Source of the DNA: Oopsacas minuta
Lineage: Eukaryota; Animalia; Porifera
Length of the DNA: 64,000 bases
Direction: 5' to 3'
NCBI GenBank assembly: GCA_024704765.1
Contig: JAKMXF010000307.1
Span: 394,556 to 458,555, forward strand
The position numbers and the translations under genes were made by a program. Below the pieces are notes generated by a model, which was given only the letters and a program-made list of their open reading frames with translations, made no database searches and had not been told where the DNA came from. Below, one piece after another: positions 26,519-39,010 of the stretch (the stretch's first letter is position 1; each line of letters opens with the position of its first letter).

Positions 26519-28149
26519 TAATATACAAAGAGCAAAAAGCTGCGGGAAATTTTGTGACTTCTTTATTTCGAAGTATAATGAATAATAGAGAAGATGCAAG
26601 GCCGATTAGAGTCTCGTGAAAGCCCTGGAAAATTCCTCAAAATAAGACCCATAGCCATTGTCAGGTTCAGCCAGTGACCTAACAAATGAAATTATTTGAG
26701 TGTAGCTCCCTTAAAAGATATGGACAGGAAACTGAGATTTGGTAAAATTACTTTTGGCCTAATCATCAACTGTAAAAGTAGGAGTTAGCCTAGCGAGAGA
26801 GGAAAGATTATTGTGGTTCAAGACCCCGAGAAATGTGCCTAATAAATATTGTTTAGCGTCCAAGCAATAGAAACCGAAGAATTGCATTGGTGTTTTTAAG
26901 GTGTCCGCGGCGGGAGCACTCTACTTCTGTTCATGGGTCGTTTTAACTGCTGAGGTTTATACGAAAAGTGTTAACTTGAAAACGGTGCGCCACTCCTACC
27001 TCGATTTGGCAAACCACGACAGGAGAGTTGAAGGTAAGTCTTGATAATCTAATAGTTTTCGGATTACATTCAGTACTTTAATGGTACACTGAATAGTGAT
27101 CATATGTGCTAACCGTCTAGGGATTCTTTCAAGCGTAACCACTGTTCATAATTCAGGGTTATAATCTTTAATTCCTAACAATTCACAAATTTTTCCTCGT
27201 TGTCATCCGTCTTCAAAACATGTTCTCTCTTATCAAGTATAATGAGCCAGATAGCGATCGATCAGAAATTTATGGTTTGACTTCCCTATCAAAGTCCAAA
27301 AGAAATGTCACTTTGTAGGGAATACAAGCCTTTTGTCCATGGATATGTTTGGCAAAGTTTGTCAGGTATAGGTGAAACAAACACTAGGATTCACAAGGAA
27401 ATTTACAAACGAAAATGCCCGGTTAGGGTCTGCTGCAGACACTACGATTCCAATCAAACCTGGCCACTGGGAACATCGAGTTGTCCCTCCTGGCTAATCA
27501 GCCCCTGAGAAAATATATTACAAAGATTTCAGGTATTCTAAGGCAGGTTAACCATTGATGGGAAAATAACACATAATAATAGATAAATGTAGAATATAAA
27601 TTGAGGATACAGGTTGCATATATTGATGTTCTTCGAAACTGAGATGAACAAACAAGAAAGATTCCAGACTGAGGATCTGATTTGAGGACTAGAAAAAGGA
27701 ATAGATAAGAAATTGGAATATAGGAACTTTATCAAAAATAGGGACCAAAACTTAGGCCAGCAATCAACATATATTAATGCGGATACTTGAAAAACGGAAA
27801 CTTAAACTTATGACATATCTATGAAACTTTTGCCCGGAATAAATAGAAAGTTCCCCCATTATTCCAACGTATAATTACTATAACACTAGATTAGTAAAAT
27901 ATTTCAATATTATCATTATATAAGTATAACACAGTTCACGCCTTGAGCTATAGGAATACTTCCACCATTGTAGGATTGAAGGGTGCGGCGAAATTTGCCA
28001 TGGCACATACCTCTTTTTTGTCTCTTAGGGGAAGGTTCTCTGAGGAATTTTGTATTCATAAGATAACGCTAAAAATGTTGTATATTGAAATATCTTCTAT
28101 GATTGAACTCCGATCATATTATGAGTGCCGCTCTCCTAGTGCGAACAAC

Positions 28150-31100
28150 AATCAGAGAAAGATATTGAAGCCCGATGTACCCAAATTAAGTGGAGTTGAT
28201 TGTTTCCATCAAACTGGGCCACTTATCATATAATCAGTTTTACCGACCATTTCAAACCAGGTGGCACCAAGCAATATATGCATCTATCTCATCACTGTAT
28301 GATAGATACCCATGGATTGAGTATTCGAAACGCAAAGATATTTACTGCTATCATTGTATACATTTCACAGAAATGAGCCCATATTTGTAAGGCAAGGTAT
28401 GAGAAATTTGAAGAAATGATTTGGAAACACAGTCCGTGACAACAAACTGATCCAAAATGATGCCAGCATTAAGCATGTACAATGTGCAGACGTTTATGCA
28501 CAGTATAAAGCTATTAAGTCGGGAGGTTTTCAAATCAGTTGCTGAACCCCAGGACTCAGCACATGAGAAGCTAATTACGGAATATAGGATATATATCCGG
28601 ATGTTAAGTGAAGTTTTTGCTCCACTGCTCAATGGAAATTGCCAAACATGAGACCGGGAGATCATTTCGAGTGGATGATATCAACGAAGAGAGTCTCGAT
28701 TTTGGTCCATCGTGCGGCAATTTAAATGGCATCCTTTATCCAATATCTAGACATACTCCAGTTGTGGCTGATAAAATTTCCACTGGTCCAACAAATGCAA
28801 AGTGTGTTGGAGGTTATGATGATGCATCAGTTGCCTCTGGTATTTGGAATAGAGTTAAAAAGAAAATTCCTGAAAGATATTGCGGTGAAATGGCCTACGA
28901 AGGGCATTCGAAAAGTTTTGCCATTTGATATGAAACCATTGATTTGTTGGATATTTCCGCATCCATCTTTTCAGACATATTTTATTAGTCTACCCTGAAA
29001 CTTTCATTCATTCTCTCTTCTACTTTTATAAATTAGATAATTTTAGAATACATGGCTTCTAAAATGTCTCAATCAAAACCAGATCTCGCACAACGTGATT
29101 TCGAGCAATGATTTTGATCTTATTCAAACTACAGGGGGCAAGGGTAGAAATATTATCCATGTGTCATCACCTGTAAGGATTTCGGAATAGCTCTTGAATT
29201 TCAATTAGCAAACCTTTAGAGCCTAATTTTACAAAAGTCTATGCGCGATAATTTTTGCTGTAAGTTCAAAGAATGGGGAACCATCGGGCACACAAATTCC
29301 TGACACAAGGCTCTTAGTGCAAAATGACAATAATGATCCCGACGATAACTCGATTTCATACTCTAACTGAACATACGTAATATGAGGATCTTTAGTAAGG
29401 AGATCTAGCATTTCGTTAACATTTTCTTCATTATGTGAAATATTCGGTCTTCCTGAGCGAGGAGCATCTTCACAAGCAAAGTTTCCGTGAATAAATGCCC
29501 AACCTCCAAACAAAGTGCGGAAGCTAGATCTGTTAGAAAACAAATATGGCCGATTTTTTTCAGATCTAGTGGGTTTGTCGAAGCTGTTGCTCTCGAGGAT
29601 AGAAAGACAGTTACTGCCGACTGGCATACTACAGTGTGCCTACCCAAAGTCATCACAGCAATTGAGACACAGCAGGAGAAGCCAGGCATTAGAGGATTCT
29701 TCTTCATCATGATAATGCATCACCGCATACGGAATCAGAACTCGTGAGTTTTTGCAAAATTCTGGACTCAAAACATTACCTCACCCACCCTACAGTTCTG
29801 ATTTAGCCCCTTTCGACTTCTGGTTACCCCTAGACTCAAAGATCAATTACGTGGGAGGAGATTATCGACTAATGAGGAGTTAAGAAGGGCACTTTTCCAA
29901 GTGATCGGAAACATACCCAAAGAAGAGTGGAAAAAATGTTTTGATAATTGGTTGACCAGAATGTAAAATGCATTGATTGTCAGGGAGAGTTTTCGAATAA
30001 TGTAATTGTCAAATTTGTGATTACTATCTGATATGTCGGTCAACGTCAAAGCTTTATAAGGCCCCCTCGTATGACATCCATTGCCTTTGTCACAAGTCAA
30101 ATCTGGTAATTGTCGATGTTGTCAATTCAGTCAAATGCGTGGCCAATATGTTGTCACTTTTCACACAGTTATACCCTTTTTGACTAATAGCACCGTTCAT
30201 GTCAATGGGACAAAATACAGGGACAACATAAAGTAAAGAAGACCGAGTTAGGGAAGTTTCTGATACTCGATGGTCGTGCCAAGCGAAACAGTCTGACAGT
30301 GTGGAAAAGCATCGATATCGTTTATCAAGTACTGCATGATGTGATTGATAACGACAATAACAACATCATACCACTAAATAACTGGCCACTTGTTACAGAT
30401 AGATCACAGATTCATTAGATACCTTCTCATAACCAAGCATATTCTGAAGAAGCAAAATTAGATCATTTGTTAGCTTTTGCAGATATTCTTCATAAGCTAC
30501 CAAATGATCTTAGTCGGACCATCAATTTAATTATGATGTTAAGAGTAGGAATATTTGACTGTAACTCGAGAGAGGTATATCAAAGGTTTGGGAAGAAGAA
30601 GAAGAAGAAGTAGGAAATCGTATAAACCTATCTGATAGTGCACCATCTGTCAGACTAAAACAGGTACCACTACCCTTAGAAGATTAAGTCTGGAGGGAAA
30701 TGTTGAAGAAGTTACAGGAGTAGGATTCAATGGATACTTTGGTGATGTTTGTGAGATCATAAGCAAAGTTACTCTAGAGCTCAAAAGAGATTTAGCAAGA
30801 AAGACAGTGTCATGATGAGATCAATCAAATCTTTACGCCCTAACTCGACCAGTTTCATGGATGAAAATTCACTCAACCTCTTTGCAAAATTAGACAAGCC
30901 CGACGCCAGTGTTCTTTAATGTGAAGCTGACATTTTTTAACACTTAATAGAGAGAAAAGCAGACCAAGAAAGGGCTAAAAGTCTACTTGGATTACAAGCA
31001 TAATAGACTATTGGGAGGTCATTTTTGAGCTTCATCGAATGCCATGATTGCATACCCAATGCCAGTATCAACAACTAAATGTGAACAAATTTCAGCACAA

Positions 31101-31263
31101 TTCGGCTGATGAAGAATGATCTCCTCTCATTAAAGAAACAAAACCGTTTGGATAGCATATTAATGCTAGGAATTCATCGTGATCTTGGTAGCAAGCTTGG
31201 CTCAGACACCGTAATAAGTGGATTCAAAGCAAAGTTTCCCCAATGTGTACTTTCCTTATAAGC
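28150..31263 (+). pseudogene. hAT transposase (ZMYM1-like, TTF zinc finger), degenerate, interrupted by a mariner
   Basis: RYPWIEYSKRKDIYCYHC and GGYDDASVASG lie before the insertion. IHCLCHKSNLVIVD, SDTRWSCQ and the dimerisation motif PVSTTKCE...RLMKND...RLDSILMLGIHRD lie after it. Termini uncertain. Confidence 0.85.
28898..30069 (+). mobile_element. Mariner (DD34D) inserted in hAT, with an inverted internal segment
   Basis: TA-flanked imperfect TIRs CGAAGGGCATTCGAAAAGTTTTGCC and (rc) CGAGGGGGCCTTATAAAGCTTTGAC. The C-terminal half is on + (HDNASPH, PHPPYSSDLAPFDF). The HTH2-TGDDTW segment (about 29127-29487) is on the minus strand. Confidence 0.85.
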
Positions 31264-31698
31264 GTAAATATATGGTAAGAAGTGTGAATAGTTAAATCTA
31301 TCTACTAAAACAGTGCAGTATTCCTAGGATCTATTCGCAATTTTACCCCCCTGTCTAGCACCCAGATTGGTGAGTAGGGGCTGATTATAAAAGTTTGAGG
31401 GTCTGAAAGTAACTAATTTGCAGATGTATCATATGATTAATCCATAGCATTCTATACACTAAGGCAATGGCACTCTATTCAAATTCTGGCCCATGGATGG
31501 TAATTAACCTGGGCTTTCAAAATTTCAGTAATTGTTATTATGTCTTTCAACGCTATTGGAAAGTACTCTAATGTAACATTTGATATAGTCTAATAATTCA
31601 CAACCTCCCAACACAATTATAATTACCATATTATAATACTTTAATACTAGAAACACAATCCATCATTCACAATACAGTACTAGATAATAATTCATTTA

Positions 31699-31768
31699 CA
31701 GTGAAACCTCCCAAAGCGTAGTCGTTGAGCCCCCAAGATTCGGTCTCCCACCTCGTGAGGTTCTACTG
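31699..31768. mobile_element. 70-bp pogo/Tigger-like micro-MITE
   Basis: TA-CAGTGAAACCTC ... GAGGTTCTACTG-TA (10/12 TIR match). Confidence 0.6.
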
Positions 31769-31989
31769 TATTGTCTGGCTCCTTGTTCTCTCATTCTCAC
31801 CACTCGTCTGGCAGGCATGCTGTAATAATTGAATACCTTAATCTTAAACCAAATAACAAAAAAATTAGGTATACTTTTCAGCTTAGTATTATCTCTATTT
31901 AAGACCAAGACATTATAATTGCGAACCCTCTTGGAAAGGATGATATTAGACTTGTAAAACACAATTTCCTCAATAACTCCCAATTCCAG

Positions 31990-32401
31990 GCACAACAAAA
32001 CACCAATCTTTCAGATATCACTGTATCTATCTTCAATAAGACTCATATATATACCAACAAGCTACGGGATCGTCCACTATAAAAATCCTTGCTTAGGGAC
32101 TCACGCTTGTTAATTTGAATAAAGATTCACATAAGAGAATCACACATTTCACCATATACCTAAAAGGATAATTACGAGAGCCTCTAATCACTAAGTCTAT
32201 TAAAGTATATTGGGATCCGATATCATTGTTAACTTCAAGAAGTTTATCTGAAATTAACAGTCGGTGACAAGATAGACAACCATTAGACTTCTTACTGTAA
32301 GAAAGACTGCATATCCTGCAATATAAACAAGACATTCTAATTGGGAGGTTTCTATTCCAGGGAGTGAGATATCGTTCAATTTGGTGAGATAATGTTCTAT
32401 A
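31990..32401 (-). pseudogene. P-element/THAP9-like transposase C-terminal fragment, interrupted by a maT element
   Basis: Minus frame LECLVYIAGYAVF...SKKSNGCLSCHRLL matches the YIAGY...CxxC tail of P-type transposases. The frame continues across the excised maT (HNVDIIEHYL). Confidence 0.65.
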
Positions 32402-33713
32402 CAGGGTGGCTTTTAAGTTCTGTCCCATGCAAAAACTACTATTTATCAATATATATATATAGCTTGGTAATGATATTTATTGCTCTAATTTATGATTCTG
32501 AGACAAAACATATTTCGCGAATTTTATTCAATATAGCCTCCCTCATTTTGTATTACACGTGTAATTCGATCTGGCAAGGCCTCAATAGCAGCACGGAGGG
32601 TTTTTTGGGGATTTTATTCCACTCTTGGCAAAGTTTCCTCTTCAGTGACTTGATACTTGTGTGAGAGTTAACACAAGCTTTCGTCTCGAGAATTGACCAC
32701 ACAGAATAATCCATGGGATTCAGGTCAGGACTGTAAGAAGGCCATTCTTCCTTAGTTATAAAACCAGGAAAATTGTCATGTAACCATGACTGGGTAACAT
32801 TAGAAGTGTGTGCTGGCGCCCCGTCTTGCTGGAAAACAAATGAAGTACCTCCGAACATGTCTCGGCCTATATTCTTCAATACTGGCTCCAAAACCATTTC
32901 TCGATAATTAATTGAATTGATTTTTACCCCTTGTGGTACAAAAACCAATGGTGTCCGGCCCATTTTTGACACCCCTGCCCAAACCATCACCGACTTAGGG
33001 TTCTGTATTCGGCTAACATATCTGAACTTCTCGTCGACTTTGGAAGGAGATGATGCAAGTATACGATCATTTTGTACATTGGTTGCCTCCTGGATAGTGA
33101 ATATTTTCTCATCTGAAAATAATATTTTTTCTAGATTTTCAACAGCGTACCGGCCCAACGCACCTTTGCATCTTGCAACCCTTTTTTCCTTTACCAATTG
33201 AGAAAGGAAGTGTACCTTCTTACGCTTGAATGAACTCATCCCTAAATCCCTTTTCACAATTTTAGTCATTGCACATCTTGATACTTTCAGATCTAGAGCC
33301 ATTTTCCTTATGGAACGTCTAGGATTTCGGCGAATTCGCTGGGCGATGACTTTCCCTAAGCTGGGGGTGGTTACTGAGCACGGACGGCCTGATCTCGCCC
33401 TATCTTCAACTTTTCCAGTATCTTTGTATCGTCTAATAGTGCGGTATACAAATTTCCTTCTGTTTAGAGGGAGTTTCAGGATCTTCAAAATTTCCCTTGA
33501 AGGATGTCCTTTTGTAAATAATTCTACAATTGCCGACCTCTCACGTTCCATCACTAATAAAATTGAAATTTCTCTACAATCGTACTCTGAAACTGTATAT
33601 TTATGTTAAATACAGTAGAATAGGGTAAACTAATAAGATATATCTAATAGCAAAGACTCAGCATGGAAAAATGGTTCTTATAAATCATGGGACAGAACTT
33701 AAAAGCCACCCTG
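32402..33713 (-). mobile_element. Near-intact maT (DD37D) transposon, 1312 bp
   Basis: Perfect 28-bp TIRs CAGGGTGGCTTTTAAGTTCTGTCCCATG and TA TSD at 32400-01 and 33714-15. Confidence 0.96.
32524..33554 (-). CDS. maT/DD37D transposase with a single frameshift near the C-terminus
   Basis: FSDEK, FQQDGAPAH, SPDLNPMD (37 spacing). The ORF track ends at 32553. Adding one A to the A6 run (32601-32606) restores KTLRAAIEALPDRITRVIQNEGGYIE* ending at 32524. Confidence 0.88.
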
Positions 33714-35199
33714 TAATATCAACATTATGTATTATGTGGAAAAGACAAACGATATTACAGTATCTTTGCAAGGAATATGTGAACGAATGAGAAGAGAATT
33801 TGAAGGACCCGGGGGACGAATCGCAAAATAGATTTATTTGTCACTCAGAGGGCTGTTATGTATATGAATAAGACTTACGTAGTGGCCTTTTAAATTACCT
33901 TAACAACAACAGTCTACTCTGGTCATAGCGAAGTACTCGTGCTCGAGTTTCATTTAGTTGTAAGCTGAGTAAAAATCATTACCTATAGCGCAGGTTCTCA
34001 ATCTCTATTTGAGTGAGTCTTTAGAGTGAAGGGAAATTATTCTATCTAATACTGAGATTTGTGCAACATAGTCCACTTGCAGATGAGCTGCTAGAAGCTC
34101 CGCATCGGAATACATGAGTGAAGCCAAGGAACACAAGCAATAAATGGGACTACATGAGTTTCTCAGATTGTTACGTAACTCCGAATCTGATTTTCCTTAC
34201 CTAAGAACTATAACTGATTGAAACCTAGTATCATTTCTATTGACTATGTGAATTGCCATTGTGCACAAAATATCCTGGAAACCTTCTTACGATTTCTTTA
34301 TACGGGAATCAAGTAAGAAAAAGCGATGGAAAAGAATGTAAATCTCACATTCTAGACAAGCTGAGCATTAAAATGGAGCAAGAACAGTCGATAAGAAAAA
34401 TTGTTGTCTGAAAAAAGTTGTGAGCATTCACTTAAGGAAATTCAAGGAAGTTAGGTGGATATAAGCAGAGACGACGCCGCCTCAGTGACGCCTAACCGGT
34501 GCCTATAATGTTAGAGGGGGCACACCGAAATCCTAACTCGGTTAACAAACAAATATTTACATTGTAAGGATATTTAAAAGTGAATAAACCAACTTTGTAA
34601 GATGCTGTTGAGTCATCATGACACAAAAATATGAAAGATTTTACCACTTACATGTTTCTTTTAATGTGTTACAGAATAAGGGATCCCGCCTTTGAATATA
34701 TGTTATTGTCAAAACGTGTCATCATGTAATACTATTTTGTGGTACCGACAATACTTCAACGTTACAACTCACGAAAGTGACGTAAATTCGGTCCGAAATT
34801 TTAAATAAGTTATGTACGGGAGATGAACTTATTGTGATATAATATTATATTAGACAAAGATGCGAGAGATGCGTGCGAGGCGTGCAGAATTTACAAGTTA
34901 CAATTTGAACTCATATTTCACAGTACTACGTAAACAGTTTTTCAATAGGGGTATATAGTAACCGTTTTCTAGTTTGATTGCCTTATATCTGACATGCTCT
35001 TATAACCAACACAAAATGATCATATATTCGGTATCTAATATATTAAGATTCTCCTAGGGTACATTGAAATTCCAAAGTGAGGTTATAAGTTACTCACCTT
35101 TGGGCGAAACTATTGATGCACAATAAACCCCAAATCTTGACTTCACTCTCTTGACCACGTGTATATAACGTCTGAAATAACTAAATGAAGATATAAATA

Positions 35200-35490
35200 A
35201 CACCGGCTATGAATTTAAAACAACATGAAGATCAAACGAATGCTAGCTCGTGAATAAGTTCTAAAACCAAATTTTGAGCAACGCTATTAGTTTTGATTGA
35301 ATAGAAAACACCAAAGGGGGATCTATCGCCAAACTCCGGAGTCGAAGGTGGCTTGAGAGATGTCATGGGCAACATTGAAGAAAATTAGTTTAAGGTAGCT
35401 ATACAAGCTTGTTTGAAAGAATGATGGCATGTATCCAAGCCAAGTGATGTTATTTCGAACAAATACTTATAATAAGATCACCTGTTATAC
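35200..35490 (+). pseudogene. Highly decayed maT/Tc1 C-terminal remnant
   Basis: FERMMACIQAK*CYFEQIL resembles the maT C-terminus and is followed by a TCACCTG end-like motif. Confidence 0.35.
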
Positions 35491-35950
35491 CTTAGATTGT
35501 TAGGCTCAAAAATATTGAGTGCCCCTCGTACTATATGCTAACTGCTCATTACTATATTATAGCCATCTATAACACTGGCACCAAATTTTGAAGGTATTTT
35601 ACTTTGTGGACACTATATATTGCCTTATGTACTATGAAGTATGCTGAGTGGGGATATGAATACCATACTCTATCACATATCAATTTTTAAATTCAAAATC
35701 AAAATGGGAAAAGTTCAACAATTCGCATAAGTACATGACCTAAATGAACTAGTCATGTAAAACCTCCGAGAGCACATATAAAGTGAACAAGTTGCGTATA
35801 GGCTAAATTGGTCATTTTACTAAAGAAATCGAGACTACAAATACCAAAAATGAGAAAAGATAAAAGATAGTAAAATGTCATATTATACCATGTTTAACCA
35901 ATACACAGCTAATTCCTATAATCAATGAATTCAAACATAACTGCTAGTGT

Positions 35951-36002
35951 GTATGTATGTATGTATGTATGTATGTATGTATGTATGTATGTTTGTATGT
36001 TT
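35951..36002. repeat. (GTAT)n microsatellite
   Basis: Ten perfect GTAT units followed by GTTT/GTAT variants. Confidence 0.98.
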
Positions 36003-36562
36003 AGTATAGATTGAAGAAACTGGAAGCCCACCATCGCTGATTTCTTCGAAATAGCACTATGAGGATAGTCAAGTTCGAGTCTTGGAAGAAAGTTCAAAAC
36101 TATAACGAAATTATGAGATCATTGTCACCTTTTGGTGCATCGAAGCACATGATATCATGACGTCATCACTTTTACCAAATGCAAATTCATATGGAATTAT
36201 AACGTCATCATGAATGTACAAATTCAAAATTTCCATATTTCACATAATTTAAGAATCTAAGATTTCCAGAGACTATATATGTTGAGAGAAAGCCTCTACA
36301 AAATTTAGAAATTTGGAGAATCTGTTTACTCTATATACATAAATCAACAATCAATAAATATAAACATGAGGAACTTGAAAATGAGAAATATAAATTCAAC
36401 GTACTTGAAAATCAATGAACATTATTTATAACCCAGTCTATTCCATTATGCATACTTTTCAATTATTTGTTTGGTTGATATTTATAAAGGCAACAAGAAA
36501 GATTACATATAAGATAACTGAAAATAAGAAATTCGGATTTAGCTCACTTGATAACCCATGTA

Positions 36563-37854
36563 CAGGGTGACTCATAAATACTGTTACTGATATACTATCT
36601 AACAATATTCTATATTTCATATAGGAATTCTGTATAATATTATGCTATAATTCATTCTAGATCTTATACTCTAAAATATTTATTCATTATGGCATTTGGA
36701 CACTAATCAATCGATTTTTTACTGATTAGCAATGGAACTTCGGCGAGCAGTTGATATACAGCTTTATGAGGCGAGAAATTCCAAGGTTAAAATCGCTAAA
36801 CTACTAAAAACGAATTAGATGTTCATAAACCGGTCTTTGTTTTGATACAATGATACCGGATTGATGACTGACAGACGTAGACCTGGTCGTCCGCGAATTG
36901 TAAGGACCTTTTCTAAGATAAGTCGTGCATCCCAGAGGTTCCGCTGAAATCCTTCAAGAAGCATCGGAAAAATGGCCAAGGAGATACAAATTAGTAGGGA
37001 ATCAATGAGAAGAATTGTATGAAGTGACCTATAGATGAAAGCCTATACATTGAATAAGTGCCAGCTTCTTAGAGAGCAAAATAAGAACAAGCGGTTACAA
37101 AGATGTAAAGAATGGTTTCGCGTTACAACAACCACGCCCATAGAGATTTCCTCTTCTCAGATGAGAAATTGTTCACTGTAGAACAAGTGTTAAACTCCCA
37201 AAACGATAGAATCCTTGCTACTGCGAAAAATAATCTCCCTAAATCTAGAGCTAAAAATCCAGCTTCAGGAATGGTGTGTGGAGGCATCACATTTGATGGT
37301 CGGACACCCCTTGTTTTCATTCCCCCAGAGTCTAAAAATCAATCAAACAGTATACCATGATTTGATACTGAAGAAGGTTGTCAAACCTTGGCGTAAAAAC
37401 ATTATCAAAATAGAAAATGGGTATTCCAACAAGACTCAGCACCTGCCCATAAAGCGAAAGCGACACAACAGTGGTGCAAAGAGAATCTCCCAAGGCTAAT
37501 TTCTGCCGATGAGTGGCTTTCTTACTCCCCTGACAGTAACCCTCTCGATTATTCAGTATGATCCATTTTAGAGAGCAAGGTCAACTCTAAAAAACACTAT
37601 AGTATTGACGAGCTAAAGAAAACCTTGTCTCGAGAATGGAAGAATATTCCAGACTGTGACATTTGTTCTAGCGTGGACTCCTTCCCTACTCATATTGTTA
37701 GGTGTATTAAATGCCGAGGGAGTATATTCGAATGATACTCGAAATATATTCTATGTAGAGATTCTGACAATTGGAAGAAATTTCATGTCAACAGCTTCAA
37801 TATTATATATTTTATACATACAACAATTGGTAACAGAATTTATGGGTCACTCTG
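36563..37854 (+). mobile_element. Full-length non-autonomous maT/DD37D element (copy B of 8693-10001)
   Basis: TIRs CAGGGTGACTCATAAATACTGTTAC and (rc) CAGAGTGACCCATAAATTCTGTTAC, TA on both sides. ATG at 36732 with in-frame stops. Confidence 0.92.
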
Positions 37855-38729
37855 TATATTTGTTGAGCATATGATAACATGCTGAAACCTAACCTTTAGT
37901 ATTGTTTTGAATTTAATCAGCAATTTATGGAAATATGATTAATCACCCAAAAGGTGGGTGTATATTCACATTAGGAAATTTTCCATTGTCAGGACCACAA
38001 ATCAATTTACTACAGTATATCTTCCAAATCTCAGTCTTAATCTCCAAAATTGCGAACAGGAGAGTGAATAAATATATAAAATACATACATATGCACGGAT
38101 TAAGAATGTCAACCATTTTAGAACTGTGATACAATACTATAGTATTGTCGATAAAATATATAAAAAACCGTATGCCGAAAACAACATAAATTTCTATCTA
38201 TCAAATCTGGTTTTATGAAAAGGGTCAATTCTATTTTGGCAAAGTACAACAATTTTCTCACAGTTATATAAATGGCTTCATGATTTTGAAATCTGTAATG
38301 CATGCATACTTTCATAATGGACAAATGAAGGCATGGTGCAGGATGCAACAATTGCTGGGATATCTACGATACGTATTTTGTGCAGACAATGAAGTGTACC
38401 AGTGTTATCTTCGTAGCGGATTCAAATCCCCACTATAACATAGTTCACTCAAAAAGTATGGGTTCTATTTGGAAAGAACCATACCAGTGCAAATAGGAAA
38501 CTTGGTACATATGATATCATCACTCATAATCACGAATCTTTAATGATAAGTAGCCAATTTTACATCATAGTTTTGGTTCAAGTATATTATCAATATTTCC
38601 TACAATAATTGTGATAACAACTTATCATTTATTCAAATTTACATCTCACTTGGTACATTGCATATATCCACTTGGGGCATTCAACATGTTCTAGGCTCAT
38701 TACATTAAAATCATAGATAAGATCAAAAT

Positions 38730-39010
38730 TAAGATATTTTTCTTTGTATATTCGAAATATTCGCCATTAAGCGAGACACATAACTTTAACCTTAATATCC
38801 ACATCAGAAATGGTTTTGTGAACTCTTTTGTGAGTATGTTTTTAAGGGCATTATGAGGCTCATATCCGAGTGCAAGTCTTGCGTCAGAAACCTTGCCTAC
38901 CAAGTGCTTTTTGACTAAACTGAAAAGCCAAATATCACATGGCTATAGATATGGGCTATATGGAGGGTGGGGCAACTCAATCATTCCCATTTCACTCTGC
39001 ATTTCACCGA
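38730..39010 (-). pseudogene. Mariner transposase C-terminal fragment
   Basis: ELPHPPYSPYL*PCDIWLF...LKLCVSLNGEYFE. Confidence 0.75.

Noticed and set aside
27240-27500. Possible Crypton tyrosine-recombinase fragment (VGNTSL...GFTRKFTNE)
   Set aside because: Only loose similarity to the GxFTNHSLR motif; the catalytic His/Arg residues are absent and there is an in-frame stop.
35909-36200. Candidate exons next to the GTAT microsatellite
   Set aside because: They would need a 29-nt intron or a weak donor, and the ORF is extended artificially by the microsatellite (IHTY repeats).
36732-37035. Stop-codon readthrough or an alternative genetic code (TGA as a sense codon) in the maT copies
   Set aside because: The same copies also share a TAG and a frameshift, and intact ORFs here have no internal TGA; CGA-to-TGA decay is simpler.
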